From: Nostocales cyanobacterium
GTDB taxonomy: Bacteria > Cyanobacteriota > Cyanobacteriia > Cyanobacteriales > Nostocaceae
Assembly (NCBI GenBank): GCA_004292695.1
Contig: RDXV01000010.1
Coordinates: forward strand, 1-57,649
DNA length: 57,649 bases
Direction: 5' to 3'
The notes under the pieces were generated by a model. That model had not been told where the DNA came from. It worked only from the letters and a program-made list of their open reading frames with translations, and ran no database searches. Of the stretch, positions 1-10,360 are shown one piece after another. The translations under genes were made by a program, and so were the position numbers. Positions within the stretch are counted from its first letter, which is position 1. Each line of letters opens with the position of its first letter.

Positions 1-45
1 CAGGGGAGGCAGGGGAGGCAGGGGAGGCAGGGGAAGCAGGGGGAG
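1..45. repeat. tandem 9-mer repeat (CAGGGGAGG)x5
   Basis: Period-9 tandem repeat read directly in the sequence. Confidence 0.8.
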
Positions 46-60
46 AAAAACAACCAATGC

Positions 61-121
61 CCAATTCTTAATTCTCAATTCTTAATTCTTAATTCTTAAT
101 TCTTAATTCTTAATTCTTAAT
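61..121. repeat. STRR-type heptamer tandem repeat (AATTCTT)n
   Basis: About 9 tandem copies of ttcttaa/aattctt. Confidence 0.85.
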
Positions 122-186
122 TTCAGGGTTTAGCAATGCTAAACCCCTACAGAAGCATAGAGAATTTTATGACAAACGTTTAGATT

Positions 187-387
187 CTAAAGTTTTTTAG
201 CTTCTAAAGTTTGAGGTAAATTTTCATTGGCGGGGACTTCAGTTAATTCTAATTCCCAACCATTAGCGAGAGTGAGAACTTTACCACCATCACCATCTGC
301 TTGTTTAACTACTTCTTCTTCCAGGTCTTTTTTAGGGACATAGACCACTAAATTACCTGCATCATTCAGCCGTAACATTACTTTCAT
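187..387 (-). CDS. nifT: NifT/FixU nitrogen fixation protein
   Basis: 66-aa protein MKVMLR...YVPKKDLEE, typical NifT/FixU; lies just downstream of nifZ in a nifV-nifZ-nifT operon. Confidence 0.75.
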   Translation of the reverse strand: MKVMLRLNDAGNLVVYVPKKDLEEEVVKQADGDGGKVLTLANGWELELTEVPANENLPQTLEAKKL

Positions 388-670
388 TTGGTGTTTCCTC
401 AGCAGATTCTAGTTCTCTTTTTCGACAACCGATGATGTACCCTGTCTCTAAAAAATGCACAGCATAGATATAGTAGGCTTGTAAGAAAGTTCCTATACTT
501 GCCACATAACCAACATCGCCAATTTTTGCTAGAACTTCACCAATTTCTCGACCAGGAAAAGTACCATCATTTTTGATTAGTTTCTTAACTCTGACCTTTT
601 GACCGATTTCAAAAATTGGTGGATCATTTAATTCTATGTCATCGCGTTGCATGAGAATACCTCTGTTCAC
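362..670 (-). CDS. nifZ: NifZ nitrogen fixation protein
   Basis: About 100 aa with a [21 protein letters not shown] motif typical of NifZ, between nifV and nifT. The start may be the internal Met at 652. Confidence 0.7.
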   Translation of the reverse strand: MNRGILMQRDDIELNDPPIFEIGQKVRVKKLIKNDGTFPGREIGEVLAKIGDVGYVASIGTFLQAYYIYAVHFLETGYIIGCRKRELESAEETPNESNVTAE

Positions 671-1772
671 GTACTAAATTCACAAGTTCTTCTGTGGTGA
701 GATTGCGTTTTTTGATTGTGCATTCATGGCGGACTGCATCTAAAACAGATTGGGTTTCTTCTGCATTTAAAAAGATGCCGTTCTGTGCTAATAAATTAGA
801 CAATAAATGCCTTCCAGAATGTTTACCTACTACTAAACGACGTTCCCAACCTACTGATTCTGGTAAATAAGGTTCATAGGTTTGTGGGTTTTTCATCACA
901 CCATGAGCATGAATTCCTGACTCGTGAGCAAAAGTATTTTCTCCGACGATTGCTTTCCAAGGAGGAACATTTGCACCGGCAGCATGAGCGACTAATTTAG
1001 AAAGTTCTAACAAGTTTTGAGTATCAATTCCCAAATCAATATTGTAGATACATTTGAGAGCCATGATAACTTCTTCTAAGGCGGCGTTTCCTGCTCTTTC
1101 ACCTAAACCGTTGACGGTGGTATTTACAGAAACTGCACCGGCTTTTAAACCAGCGATGGCGTTAGCTGTTGCTAGTCCAAAATCATTATGAGTGTGAATC
1201 TCTACGGGAATTGATAATATAGATACTAATTGTTTAACTTTGAGGTGAGTTCCAAAGGGATCAAGAACTCCAACGGTATCACAAAAACGAAATCTAGAAG
1301 CGCCCCATTCTTGAGCATATAAAGCTACATCTTCAAGAAAACTAGGATCTGCTCTGGAAGAATCTTCTCCTCCTATAGCAACCCAAAGATCATGATCAAG
1401 GGCGAAGCTAATACAATCTTTAAGACGTTGTAAACTTACTCGCCATTGTCCATGAAATTTAGCAGCAATTTGGATACCAGATACAGGAATAGCTATGTGT
1501 ATTCTTTTAAGTCCACAGGCGAGAGAGGCTTTTATATCTGAGATGACAGCACGATTCCAACCGAGTAATTGAGCATTTAATCCTAAGTTGTTAATGGCTG
1601 TAATGGCGTGAATTTCTGCTTGCCCCATAGCAGGAATACCTACTTCTAATTCAGGTATACCAATGGCATCGAGAAATTTGGCGATCGCCACTTTTTCTTG
1701 TAAGTTAAAGGCAACTCCCGCTGCCTGTTCTCCATCCCTTAATGTAGTATCATTAATAATGATTTGACTCAT
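639..1772 (-). CDS. nifV: homocitrate synthase NifV
   Basis: 377 aa with an [16 protein letters not shown]-like/DRE-TIM fold and the HxH metal site of 2-isopropylmalate/homocitrate synthases; lies in a nif context. Confidence 0.9.
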   Translation of the reverse strand: MSQIIINDTTLRDGEQAAGVAFNLQEKVAIAKFLDAIGIPELEVGIPAMGQAEIHAITAINNLGLNAQLLGWNRAVISDIKASLACGLKRIHIAIPVSGIQIAAKFHGQWRVSLQRLKDCISFALDHDLWVAIGGEDSSRADPSFLEDVALYAQEWGASRFRFCDTVGVLDPFGTHLKVKQLVSILSIPVEIHTHNDFGLATANAIAGLKAGAVSVNTTVNGLGERAGNAALEEVIMALKCIYNIDLGIDTQNLLELSKLVAHAAGANVPPWKAIVGENTFAHESGIHAHGVMKNPQTYEPYLPESVGWERRLVVGKHSGRHLLSNLLAQNGIFLNAEETQSVLDAVRHECTIKKRNLTTEELVNLVREQRYSHATR

Positions 1773-2228
1773 CTCAAATGTACCTCTAGCCGAGTTTTGA
1801 CTGTAAGCATTCAGCGGTTAAGAGTCAGATTTTTAACTGTGACTCTGAAAAGTATTACTTGATCAGTTAGTGATTAATAGAATTTTTACCCTACATTTTT
1901 ACTGTTGCTAAATATCCTTGAAAGTGGCAGTATGAAAAATTCTTATGGATCAAAATATGTAACTTTTCTGAATAACTGCTAAAAATACCACAAGAATTGA
2001 ATACAGTTCATAAGATTTCATTATTGCCTAATTTCTCACACCACATCTGTATGATCAAAAACTAAATTGAGGTATCATTTAACAATATTTTCCTCTTTTG
2101 GTTCAGGATGATCAAGAAATAACCAGTAGCTGATATAACTATTAGTAAGTCCTGTGAGTAATAGGATACTCAATCCGGCAATTAAGCTAGAAATCATATT
2201 ATTTACCTTGTAGTTAACATTGAATAAT

Positions 2229-2450
2229 TTAAGAGTGTTCTGCTAACCAATCAAAAATTTTATCTAGCTGTTCTAAGTTAATAAAACCATATTGCCAAAG
2301 TAGCATCTGTATGGGTCCTTGGTTAAATTCACGATGTCGCAAAGCAACAGCAAGATCGGCATGAGAAAGTTCTAATTCATGACGCAGAAAGTGAATTAGT
2401 TTATGATCTTTACTAGGGTTTACCATAATTTGAGTTAGCAAGTTTGACAC
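2229..2450 (-). CDS. small conserved cyanobacterial protein (DUF2949-like)
   Basis: 73-aa ORF; the LRHELELSHADLAVALRHRE...LLWQYGFINLEQL pattern recalls the DUF2949 family. Confidence 0.45.
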   Translation of the reverse strand: MSNLLTQIMVNPSKDHKLIHFLRHELELSHADLAVALRHREFNQGPIQMLLWQYGFINLEQLDKIFDWLAEHS

Positions 2451-2706
2451 TATATGAGAGTAGATAAAAAACTACAATCTCCATAGTTAATTATGAATTG
2501 GAGTGAATGAATACAAAGCAATTAATGATTTACCAGAGTGGAAACCTCAGTTTAGGTTAAATCCCTCAATTCCGCAAGGTTTTTTGTGAGTAAACAATAA
2601 CTTATCTCTGCTAGATAATGAGGCGATATGAGATCATGAATTTTTATCTAGGGTTGTCTGAATTAAACCTTTGATAATTTGCATATTGTTGTCATCATTG
2701 CAGTTT

Positions 2707-2940
2707 TTATTCACAACTACGATTCCAACAAACTTCTAACCATGCTACTAATTCATGACGGGGTGAAAGCAATTGCATGACTGTACTATGAACAAGCATT
2801 GCTTCTTGTAAAGTATTCACTTGTACTCGTAATGAACCGTCCGCAGGACAGGAACAAGTAATCATTAATTCTTGGAGACGGTGATAAATTTGCCATCTAT
2901 CACTGCGAGGAATATCTAAAATTTGTTCATCAAAGAACAT
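2707..2940 (-). CDS. small Cys-containing protein, possibly of the Mo-nitro_C type
   Basis: 77 aa, 3' of cysE with a 4-bp gap. Its RLQELMITCSCP motif resembles the LICRVIPCCCP motif of ORF 42996..43316. Confidence 0.4.
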   Translation of the reverse strand: MFFDEQILDIPRSDRWQIYHRLQELMITCSCPADGSLRVQVNTLQEAMLVHSTVMQLLSPRHELVAWLEVCWNRSCE

Positions 2941-2943
2941 AGT

Positions 2944-3753
2944 TTAATTATCCCCTGGTTGCTGTTCTTTGAGGTTTTGTAGTTGTTGTTCTAGTTGTTC
3001 AATACGAGAATGTAAAGAACGAATTATACTAGCTTCTACATCAGGTAATTTGTGATGTTCTAAGGGAGAAATGCGCTTGTTTTGTTTTGGGGAAATAATT
3101 CTACCAGGGATACCAACTACGGTAGAATCAGCAGGAACATCACGTAAAACTATTGAACCTGCACCAATTCGCACGCGATCGCTAATTTGAATATTTCCTA
3201 ATACTTTCGCACCCGCACCAACAACTACATGATTTCCTAATGTGGGGTGACGTTTACCTGTTTCTTTACCTGTTCCTCCTAAAGTTACACCTTGATAAAT
3301 GAGTGTATAATCACCAACAATGGCAGTTTCACCAATGACAACTCCCATTCCATGATCAATAAATACACCTTTACCAATTTTTGCTCCTGGGTGAATTTCA
3401 ATTCCTGTGAAAAACCGAGCAATATGGGAAATTAACCGAGGAATAAAACTCACATTGTGAATGTGTAACCAATGTGCAAAACGATAAAAACACAAAGCAT
3501 GAAACCCAGGATAACAAAAGATTATTTCTAACCAATTGCGGGCGGCTGGATCACGCTCAAAAATAATCCGAAAATCACTGATCAATGGCTCAAATAATTC
3601 GCCAGAGAGTATATTTTTCCGCGAGTCCTTATTTTCAGTTTGGTTTTTGAGACTGTCTAGAGACTGTTGCATTGTTACTATCTGGTGAAAAGAGTCAAGT
3701 TGTATTTTCCTGCTTATACCAGATGACTCCAAATCTGATGACAATGCAGACAT
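2944..3753 (-). CDS. cysE: serine O-acetyltransferase (nif-associated CysE)
   Basis: Left-handed beta-helix hexapeptide repeats ([31 protein letters not shown]...) and an SAT N-terminal domain. Confidence 0.85.
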   Translation of the reverse strand: MSALSSDLESSGISRKIQLDSFHQIVTMQQSLDSLKNQTENKDSRKNILSGELFEPLISDFRIIFERDPAARNWLEIIFCYPGFHALCFYRFAHWLHIHNVSFIPRLISHIARFFTGIEIHPGAKIGKGVFIDHGMGVVIGETAIVGDYTLIYQGVTLGGTGKETGKRHPTLGNHVVVGAGAKVLGNIQISDRVRIGAGSIVLRDVPADSTVVGIPGRIISPKQNKRISPLEHHKLPDVEASIIRSLHSRIEQLEQQLQNLKEQQPGDN

Positions 3754-4189
3754 GGATTAGATTTATTGAAATTATTATGGTTGCACTCAATAGGTTTAAA
3801 CCCCTATTTAACAGAACTTTACATTTTTTCTGGGGATAGGGGTACTAGATTTTTATTACAGAGGTACGGGTATTTTGGGGGTAAGGTGACAGCTTTTTTG
3901 TACTCAAAAAAATGTTAATGATCTGGGATTTATCACCATTTATGGGAGATATTTTCAATTATATTTGAGTTGTACTCATTGAGTGATAAAGGTTGTTTGT
4001 ATGACAGTGATATTAAATTGTATGTGATTGGTGTTACTATCTTTAGTGTATGGTTTGGGTGGTCAAAATTCAGATTTCTTTATTTTATTTTAGGATTTTA
4101 TTGATTATATTCAAGTATGTTTTAAAAGTATGTTATGATATATTACTTACTGATATTGTCAAAAATGTGAATGATAAATAACAGCAATT

Positions 4190-4726
4190 ATGCAATTATC
4201 TACTCTCACCAACTCATTAGACAACTTTCTGCAACAACCTAATATTGAAGGTTCTCCTGCTTGGGAGTTTATCCAGGGAAAAGCCCAGCAAAAACCTATG
4301 CCTACACTGTTTAATTCTCGCCTTCAACGTAACCTTGTTAATGTCATCAATAGCCAAACTACAATTTACGAAGCTATTCAAGAATTGCGGTGTATTGTAC
4401 CGCCCATGTCTCCTGTACCTGATATTTCAGTTGTTAAGAGTGAACGTTTTACTGATGAAGATGGACCCCTACAAGGTTCACCAGACTGGTTAATTGAAAT
4501 TCGATCTCCTGATCAAAGTACATTAGATATACAACAGAAAATCTTGAATTGCTTGAGTAATGGAACACAACTTGCTTGGTTAATTGATATTCAGAGAAAG
4601 CAAATTTGGGTGTGGGCAAATCAAGAATTACCACTTATTTATGCTGATAATGATATACTCCCTAGCCTGGATAATATTTTAGAATTGACTGTTGCAAATG
4701 TGATGGCAATGACTCAGCAAAGATGA
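4190..4726 (+). CDS. Uma2-family (DUF820) putative endonuclease
   Basis: PD-(D/E)XK-like core PDISVV...SPDWLIEIRSP...AWLID typical of the Uma2 family. Confidence 0.7.
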   Translation: MQLSTLTNSLDNFLQQPNIEGSPAWEFIQGKAQQKPMPTLFNSRLQRNLVNVINSQTTIYEAIQELRCIVPPMSPVPDISVVKSERFTDEDGPLQGSPDWLIEIRSPDQSTLDIQQKILNCLSNGTQLAWLIDIQRKQIWVWANQELPLIYADNDILPSLDNILELTVANVMAMTQQR

Positions 4727-4772
4727 TATACTGATATGTTAAAATAATTAATATGTTTATGAGGAAGTTGTT

Positions 4773-5042
4773 ATGACTCAAGTAAATGCCTCTCAAGTTC
4801 AAGAACATTTAACTGATTTCCTAGATAGTCTGACTCAGGGAGAAAAATCAATTGTTATTGAGCAAGCAGGAAAAGCAATAGCTACTCTCATTAGTTATGA
4901 AGAATGGAAACGCTTAAAACAAATAGAAAGTTATTTAATTTCCCAGGAAGATGAAGAATCTTTTAGTCCTGAAGAAGTGATCACAGCATATAATCAACTT
5001 TATGGAACAGAATTTACTGTAGAGAATATTGTCAATGACTGA
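4773..5042 (+). CDS. type II antitoxin, Phd/YefM family
   Basis: 89 aa; overlaps the downstream RelE/ParE-like ORF by 14 nt. Confidence 0.65.
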   Translation: MTQVNASQVQEHLTDFLDSLTQGEKSIVIEQAGKAIATLISYEEWKRLKQIESYLISQEDEESFSPEEVITAYNQLYGTEFTVENIVND

Positions 5043-5310
5043 AGCTAAACAGTATAAACTAAATATTAAGAAATCAGCCCGTAAAGAACTGTTAAAACTA
5101 CAACCTAAGTTTTTTAAGCAGGTAATGTCAAAAATTCTTTCTCTCATAGATAACCCTAAACCTCAAGATTATAAAGCATTACAAGGCTATCCTGACCTTT
5201 ATAGAGTAGATCAGGGAGAGTTTCGTATTCTCTATAAAATTCAAGAGGAGGAGATTCAAATTTTTCGAGTTGGTAAGCGAAATGATGATGAAGTTTATGA
5301 AAATTTGTAA
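5029..5310 (+). CDS. type II toxin, RelE/ParE family
   Basis: 93 aa with a C-terminal FRILYKI...IQIFRVGKRND motif typical of RelE/ParE. Confidence 0.7.
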   Translation: MSMTEAKQYKLNIKKSARKELLKLQPKFFKQVMSKILSLIDNPKPQDYKALQGYPDLYRVDQGEFRILYKIQEEEIQIFRVGKRNDDEVYENL

Positions 5311-5357
5311 TCGCTCAATAGCTAAATTGCTGAGATGTAAAGTATTGCTAACAACAA

Positions 5358-5603
5358 TCATAACCAGCCTTTTGCTTGTAGATGTTGGATATCTTCCTGT
5401 AATTCAGCTACATCATAATGAACACATATTCCGCGTTCAGCAAGTAATTTTTGCAGCTTAATTTGATTCATTCCTATGATTTCACTAGCTTTACCCAAGC
5501 TGATTTTTTCTTGCTGAAATAACATAATTACAATTTCCAGCAAGAGTTGATTTTCTGACAAACCACTTGCTTTGATAACTTCATCTGAAATTACTAAACT
5601 CAT
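5358..5603 (-). CDS. UPF0175-family antitoxin-like protein (orphan)
   Basis: 81-aa protein resembling cyanobacterial UPF0175 antitoxins; no adjacent DUF3368/PIN partner. Confidence 0.55.
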   Translation of the reverse strand: MSLVISDEVIKASGLSENQLLLEIVIMLFQQEKISLGKASEIIGMNQIKLQKLLAERGICVHYDVAELQEDIQHLQAKGWL

Positions 5604-5650
5604 AATTGTTGCTGTTAAAAGTTTCTTTGATTTTCACAATTAATTATATT

Positions 5651-6169
5651 CTAATCTATTTCTACCTGCTTTACAACCTCCAAAGGTAAATCTAGCACTT
5701 CTGCAATTTGTTCATCACTTAAACCAAAATACCTTAATTTATCAATCTTTTCTAACTGAATTTTATTCTTTTTGCGATGTTTGAATTGAGGATAAATAGA
5801 ATTATTTTTATCTGATTTATTTTGAGGATTTTTACAGCTAATTTTTATACTACCTTTTCCAAAAATATTACTATTATTATCACCGATATTATCACCGAAA
5901 GAAATATTTATATTTCCCTGTCGTTCGAGAACAGATTTCAGATTTCGTTTATCAACAGGTTCATCAAAAATATCAGATAACAATTGTAGAAGTTCGTAAC
6001 CTACATCCTTTGCATGACCGGCGCTACAACCGCAATTTTCAGCAATATCAGCATACTTTTGATGATTGAGTGAACCTTCAATTACTGCGCGTTGTATGTC
6101 GTTCAGATGCTCACCTGTATTGAGATAAACAGCGTTATCCACAAATTGTAGTAGTTCGTGAATCTGCAT
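5651..6169 (-). CDS. hypothetical protein with HTH-like N-terminal domain
   Basis: The N-terminus (LNDIQRAVIEGSLNHQKYADIAENCGCSAGHAKDVGYELLQLL) resembles the HTH-like N-domain of cyanobacterial NTPase/WD40 proteins. Confidence 0.4.
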   Translation of the reverse strand: MQIHELLQFVDNAVYLNTGEHLNDIQRAVIEGSLNHQKYADIAENCGCSAGHAKDVGYELLQLLSDIFDEPVDKRNLKSVLERQGNINISFGDNIGDNNSNIFGKGSIKISCKNPQNKSDKNNSIYPQFKHRKKNKIQLEKIDKLRYFGLSDEQIAEVLDLPLEVVKQVEID

Positions 6170-6491
6170 ATTGAGAAATGTAAAGATACATAGCTAATGT
6201 TAGCAGACTTTATCCGTATTTATCAGTCTTTTTCCGCCCAGTTTTGTAAATTTTTTTATAATCCGCTTTTTTCCGCTTTTCAGGGTTGGGTATGTGGTGT
6301 AGGGTAGTTAAGAAGAGATGGGAGTTTGAAGTTGGAAAACCCTATTAAAGAGAGGATATCAATATGATCAATCAGATAATCGCAGCATTTGCATTTTTCT
6401 TAAGTCTATGGTTAGCTTCATTCCTACTTGGTTTCATTGTTGAATTTATTTCAGCTATATTTGGATTTTAATAACTACACAAAAAATAGTA

Positions 6492-6866
6492 ATGATCAGA
6501 AAATTTCTACTTTTTAGTATTGTGATTCTAGTAATATCCTCATTGCTATTCTTAGATAATTTAGAATCAAGAGCAGAATCTATAATTTACAAAGATAAAC
6601 TGGAGCTTCAAAATTCACAAACTCAATCAAGAGTTAGTGACAGTAACAATCATACAAATCCACGTAGTAAAATCAACAGTGGACTTCAGAATAATAATTT
6701 TCCTGACACTAAACAGTCCATTAAACAGTATGATACCCTGATAGTTGGAGATGGTTTTATTAAAGGTAAATTCGTAGGTCATGTGGTAGGAACAAAGATC
6801 AGGAAATATGCGTGCGATCAATTCGATTTAGAATGTAATACGAGGAGTTATATAGAAAATGAATAA
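6492..6866 (+). CDS. hypothetical secreted/membrane protein
   Basis: N-terminal hydrophobic segment; overlaps the next ORF by 8 nt (operon). Confidence 0.4.
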   Translation: MIRKFLLFSIVILVISSLLFLDNLESRAESIIYKDKLELQNSQTQSRVSDSNNHTNPRSKINSGLQNNNFPDTKQSIKQYDTLIVGDGFIKGKFVGHVVGTKIRKYACDQFDLECNTRSYIENE

Positions 6867-7293
6867 ATATAATATTACAGCTTACATTATTAACGCCTTA
6901 ATACTTTTTTTAATTTCCTTTGCTTCAACTATTTTTTCAAGAAAGTACAATTTGACCTCATTAATGGCAGAAGCTTTTAAACCGAAAACAGAGTTAGAAG
7001 TTGATGAGGAAATACAACAAGAATCTCCTTTAGATTCAAAATTGAAACAAGAAAATATTACACAAGAAAAAGAATTAGACATTAGTGATTCTACAATAGA
7101 AAAAGAATCTCTACCTGAGTCAGTATTTGCGAAAGAAACTCCATTACATCAGGAAAATTCAGTCATTGATGAAGAAAATAACACTAAATCTATCAAGGAA
7201 TTAATTAATGATAGATATTTTTGGGGCGAAGTCATTCGTCTTTTTATAGTTATTTTAACTGGATTTACAATAATTAGGTATGTTCAATGGTAA
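6859..7293 (+). CDS. hypothetical membrane protein
   Basis: N- and C-terminal transmembrane segments with an acidic middle. Confidence 0.4.
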   Translation: MNKYNITAYIINALILFLISFASTIFSRKYNLTSLMAEAFKPKTELEVDEEIQQESPLDSKLKQENITQEKELDISDSTIEKESLPESVFAKETPLHQENSVIDEENNTKSIKELINDRYFWGEVIRLFIVILTGFTIIRYVQW

Positions 7294-7315
7294 TAATGAA
7301 TTTACAGTACGGTAA

Positions 7316-7669
7316 TTATTGTATCCTAGCAAATCTAATCTGAGTTTCAGTAACTACCATAAAATTATCTGCTAACTGTTCAATGTACTGTTCAAATACC
7401 TGTTGTAAAATATAGATTTTATTTGCAGAACGTTCATTTTCCAAACGCAGAAGAATTACACCCCGATGAGGGTATTGATCTCGATAAACTTTATCGCCAA
7501 AATCTTTATCGCTAGTAATCAAAATCCAGTTTTCATCAAAAGCCTTTTGAATAATTGTATCATCGTCTATTCCTCTAGCTTGTTCATAAATTGAGAAAAC
7601 TTCATGACCTTGTTCCCGTAACCAACGAGCGACAGCTACACCTGTATTTTCATCTACTAAAAATCGCAT
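7316..7669 (-). CDS. DUF5615-family PIN-like protein (putative toxin)
   Basis: MRFLVDENTG...ITSDKDF pattern; abuts the upstream DUF433 ORF. Confidence 0.6.
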   Translation of the reverse strand: MRFLVDENTGVAVARWLREQGHEVFSIYEQARGIDDDTIIQKAFDENWILITSDKDFGDKVYRDQYPHRGVILLRLENERSANKIYILQQVFEQYIEQLADNFMVVTETQIRFARIQ

Positions 7670-7918
7670 CTAGACAATCTCCGCAGTCAAAGGCATAAAA
7701 CTGGTACTTTCTAAGGAGCGAGATGCAAATAATAAACAAGCTCGAATATCAGATTCTACTAAACCTTCATATTCTTCTATAATTTCTGCGACTGTTGCGC
7801 CGTGTGCCAGAAGATTAAGTATATATTCAACAGTTAATCGTGTACCTTTAATAGTAGGTTTTCCCACCATTACTTTTGGATTTATGGAAATACGGTTGAG
7901 CAGTTCTTGTTCTATCAT
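7670..7918 (-). CDS. DUF433-family protein (putative antitoxin)
   Basis: GKPTIKGTRLTVEYIL motif of DUF433; paired with DUF5615. Confidence 0.6.
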   Translation of the reverse strand: MIEQELLNRISINPKVMVGKPTIKGTRLTVEYILNLLAHGATVAEIIEEYEGLVESDIRACLLFASRSLESTSFMPLTAEIV

Positions 7919-8130
7919 ATCTTTTCAATTTGTGAAACAATCAACAATGATATTATAATATCAGATTTTCTCGAAAATTTAAAAAGTGCTGATTTAGTTG
8001 GTATTTCCTTAAATCCTCAAACCCTGGGATTACGTCTTGACTTTACCATCGGATCTGAAGCTGATGACCTTATCACACAACTTACAAAATAGTGATATAA
8101 TCGGCTTACATAATTGTCTAAATCATAGAT

Positions 8131-8454
8131 ATGTCCCTTAACGTAATCAAAGAACATATAGAAATTACTCCCGGTATTTGTGGAGGAAAACCCCGGATAG
8201 CTGGACATCGGATTAGAGTTCAAGATATTGTGATTTGGCATGAACAAATGGGAATGTCACCTGATGAAATTCTCTACCACTATCCTAGTATCACTTTATC
8301 CGATGTCTATGCAGCGTTAGCATACTATCATGATCATCGAGAGGAAATTAGGCAACAAATATCAGAATCAGAAGCTTCAATTCAAGAAATTCAAGCACAG
8401 ACTCCTTCGATTTTGCAACAAAAACTGAAACAGCGCAATGACAGAAAAAATTAA
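8131..8454 (+). CDS. DUF433-family protein (putative antitoxin), second copy
   Basis: ICGGKPRIAGHRIRVQDIV motif; overlaps the DUF5615 partner by 17 nt. Confidence 0.6.
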   Translation: MSLNVIKEHIEITPGICGGKPRIAGHRIRVQDIVIWHEQMGMSPDEILYHYPSITLSDVYAALAYYHDHREEIRQQISESEASIQEIQAQTPSILQQKLKQRNDRKN

Positions 8455-8773
8455 GTTCCATTTAGATGAAAGTGTTAGTAATGCCATTGCGTTAGGTTTA
8501 CGTCGTCGAGGAATTAATGTGACTACAACTTCAGAAACAGGATTAATTGGTGTGTCAGATAGAGAACAAATTGCATTTGCTTTATCTGAAAACCGGATCT
8601 TGGTAACTCATGATGATGATTTTGTCATTCTTCATTGTAGCGGTATAACTCATGCAGGAATTACGTATTGTGATCAGAAACGCCGTTCAATTGGTGAAAT
8701 TTTAAATACTTTAATTCTGATTTGGGAAACACTTGAACCAGAAGACATGAAAAATCAACTTGAATTCTTGTGA
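8438..8773 (+). CDS. DUF5615-family PIN-like protein, second copy
   Basis: IKFHLDE...ILVTHDDDF pattern. Confidence 0.6.
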   Translation: MTEKIKFHLDESVSNAIALGLRRRGINVTTTSETGLIGVSDREQIAFALSENRILVTHDDDFVILHCSGITHAGITYCDQKRRSIGEILNTLILIWETLEPEDMKNQLEFL

Positions 8774-8776
8774 AAA

Positions 8777-9097
8777 CTAACTCGCTTTTGATTCCAATTC
8801 TTCAATTTCAGAGATGTCTAATATATTAATAGGTGGATGGTTGGGAAATTCAACAACAAGACGCAACTCACCACCCATCTCAGTAATATACTTTCGCAAA
8901 ACTGCAAGCATTAAATCAGTACGATTTTCCATTTGAGAAACAGTTACCTCTGACATTTGTGTCTGAGTGAGTTTAAAAGCTAATCTCAATTGTTGTCGTG
9001 CCATTTCTTCAGCAATTAACAACTTAGATTCTTCTTCAATCTTTTGTCGTCTTTCTGGTGATAACTGTTCTAATTTTTCCTTTAAACTTTTACCCAT
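8777..9097 (-). CDS. HTH (XRE/HigA-like) antitoxin
   Basis: 106 aa, immediately downstream of a HigB/RelE-like ORF. Confidence 0.5.
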   Translation of the reverse strand: MGKSLKEKLEQLSPERRQKIEEESKLLIAEEMARQQLRLAFKLTQTQMSEVTVSQMENRTDLMLAVLRKYITEMGGELRLVVEFPNHPPINILDISEIEELESKAS

Positions 9098-9115
9098 ATT
9101 TGCTTTTTTTCTCTC

Positions 9116-9310
9116 TTATTCTGATTGTTTTTTCAGTTGAACTAAATGTGCATCAAATCTAGCATCAGCAGTTTTGATCAGTTGCTTGTAAAAACGACTT
9201 TCACTTCCACCTGATTTATCACCTACAACTAATAATATAGCATTGCGTCTGGGGTTGAATGCAAAAGCCACACGCCAAACCCCAATAGATCCCCGACTTC
9301 TAACATCCAT
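9116..9310 (-). CDS. HigB/RelE-like toxin, apparently 5'-truncated
   Basis: 64 aa with the ILLVVGDKSG killer-protein motif. The N-terminal codons overlap an inverted-repeat mini-element. Confidence 0.5.
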   Translation of the reverse strand: MDVRSRGSIGVWRVAFAFNPRRNAILLVVGDKSGGSESRFYKQLIKTADARFDAHLVQLKKQSE

Positions 9311-9350
9311 TGATAATTTATTTCCAATCTAAAAAAAGAAGTCGGGGATC
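9288..9350. repeat. palindromic mini-element GATCCCCGACTTC-(37 nt)-GAAGTCGGGGATC
   Basis: Perfect 13-bp terminal inverted repeats; related copies at 39030, 51203 and (degenerate) 26732. Confidence 0.8.
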
Positions 9351-9414
9351 TGATTATTAGAAATATAAACTCTACCCTGCGGGATCTCCTGACGGAGATT
9401 GTACGAAACTTAAC

Positions 9415-10360
9415 TCAATGTGTAATTACAATAGCAATTTTCCCCACAGTTCTTTCCCCTTCACTATAACTGTGAGCTTCTGCTAATTTTTGTAACGGAT
9501 ATATGCAATCAATCACCGTTCTGAGTTTATCCGCTTCTATCAAATCTTTCAAAAAAATCAAATCTTGAGTATTGGGATTTTCTAAGACAATTTTTGCTTT
9601 TTTACCAGGAATAAAGGCTGTTAAAACACTCTGTAAAATTACTTCAGGAATAGGCAAAGTTGAAATATAAATTCCATTACTTGTTAACACATTTCTACAA
9701 TCAGAAAATGTTTTTTTTAGCAACAACATCAAAAATAATATCGTACTGCACATTACCATTAGTAAAATCCGCTTGGGTATAGTCAATTACTAAATCTGCA
9801 TTTAAAGACCTCACAAAATCCAAATTTCTCGTACTGCAAACACCAGTTACCTCAGCCCCCAAGACCTTCGCAATTTGTACCGCAAAAATGCCTACACCGC
9901 CAGATGCACCATTAACTAATACCTTTTGACCTGATTTAATATTTCCCAAATTTCGCAATGCCTGGAGAGCCGTTAAAGCTGCTAAAGGTACAGTGGCTGC
10001 TTGCTGATAATTCATATTTGCAGGTTTAATTGCTGCCAACTTTTCTGGTATGGCGGCAAATTCAGCATAAGCACCCCCAGGAAAACTGGTACTACCATAA
10101 ATTGCATCTCCTACCTGAAAGCGCGTCACCTGTGAACCCACTTCCACAACTTCCCCAGCGACATCAAAACCGAGAATTAAAGGAAATTTGTTTCCAGTTA
10201 ATATGCTTAACATCCCTTTGCGGGTTTTCCAGTCAATAGGGTTAACACTACTAGCGTGAACCTTGACAAGTAACTGATCTGGTTTAATGTTCGGTTTTTC
10301 CACCTCTTCATATTTGAGGACATCAACAGCACCATAACCACGAATAACCATAGCTTTCAT
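9415..10360 (-). pseudogene. frameshifted Zn-dependent/quinone oxidoreductase (MDR family)
   Basis: The N-terminal 219-aa ORF (GASGGVG Rossmann motif) and the C-terminal 123-aa ORF overlap at 9701..9786 in different frames. Confidence 0.75.

Noticed and set aside
4245-4634. ORFs 4245..4493 (+) and 4449..4634 (-)
   Set aside because: They are alternative-frame or antisense overlaps of the Uma2 gene at 4190..4726.
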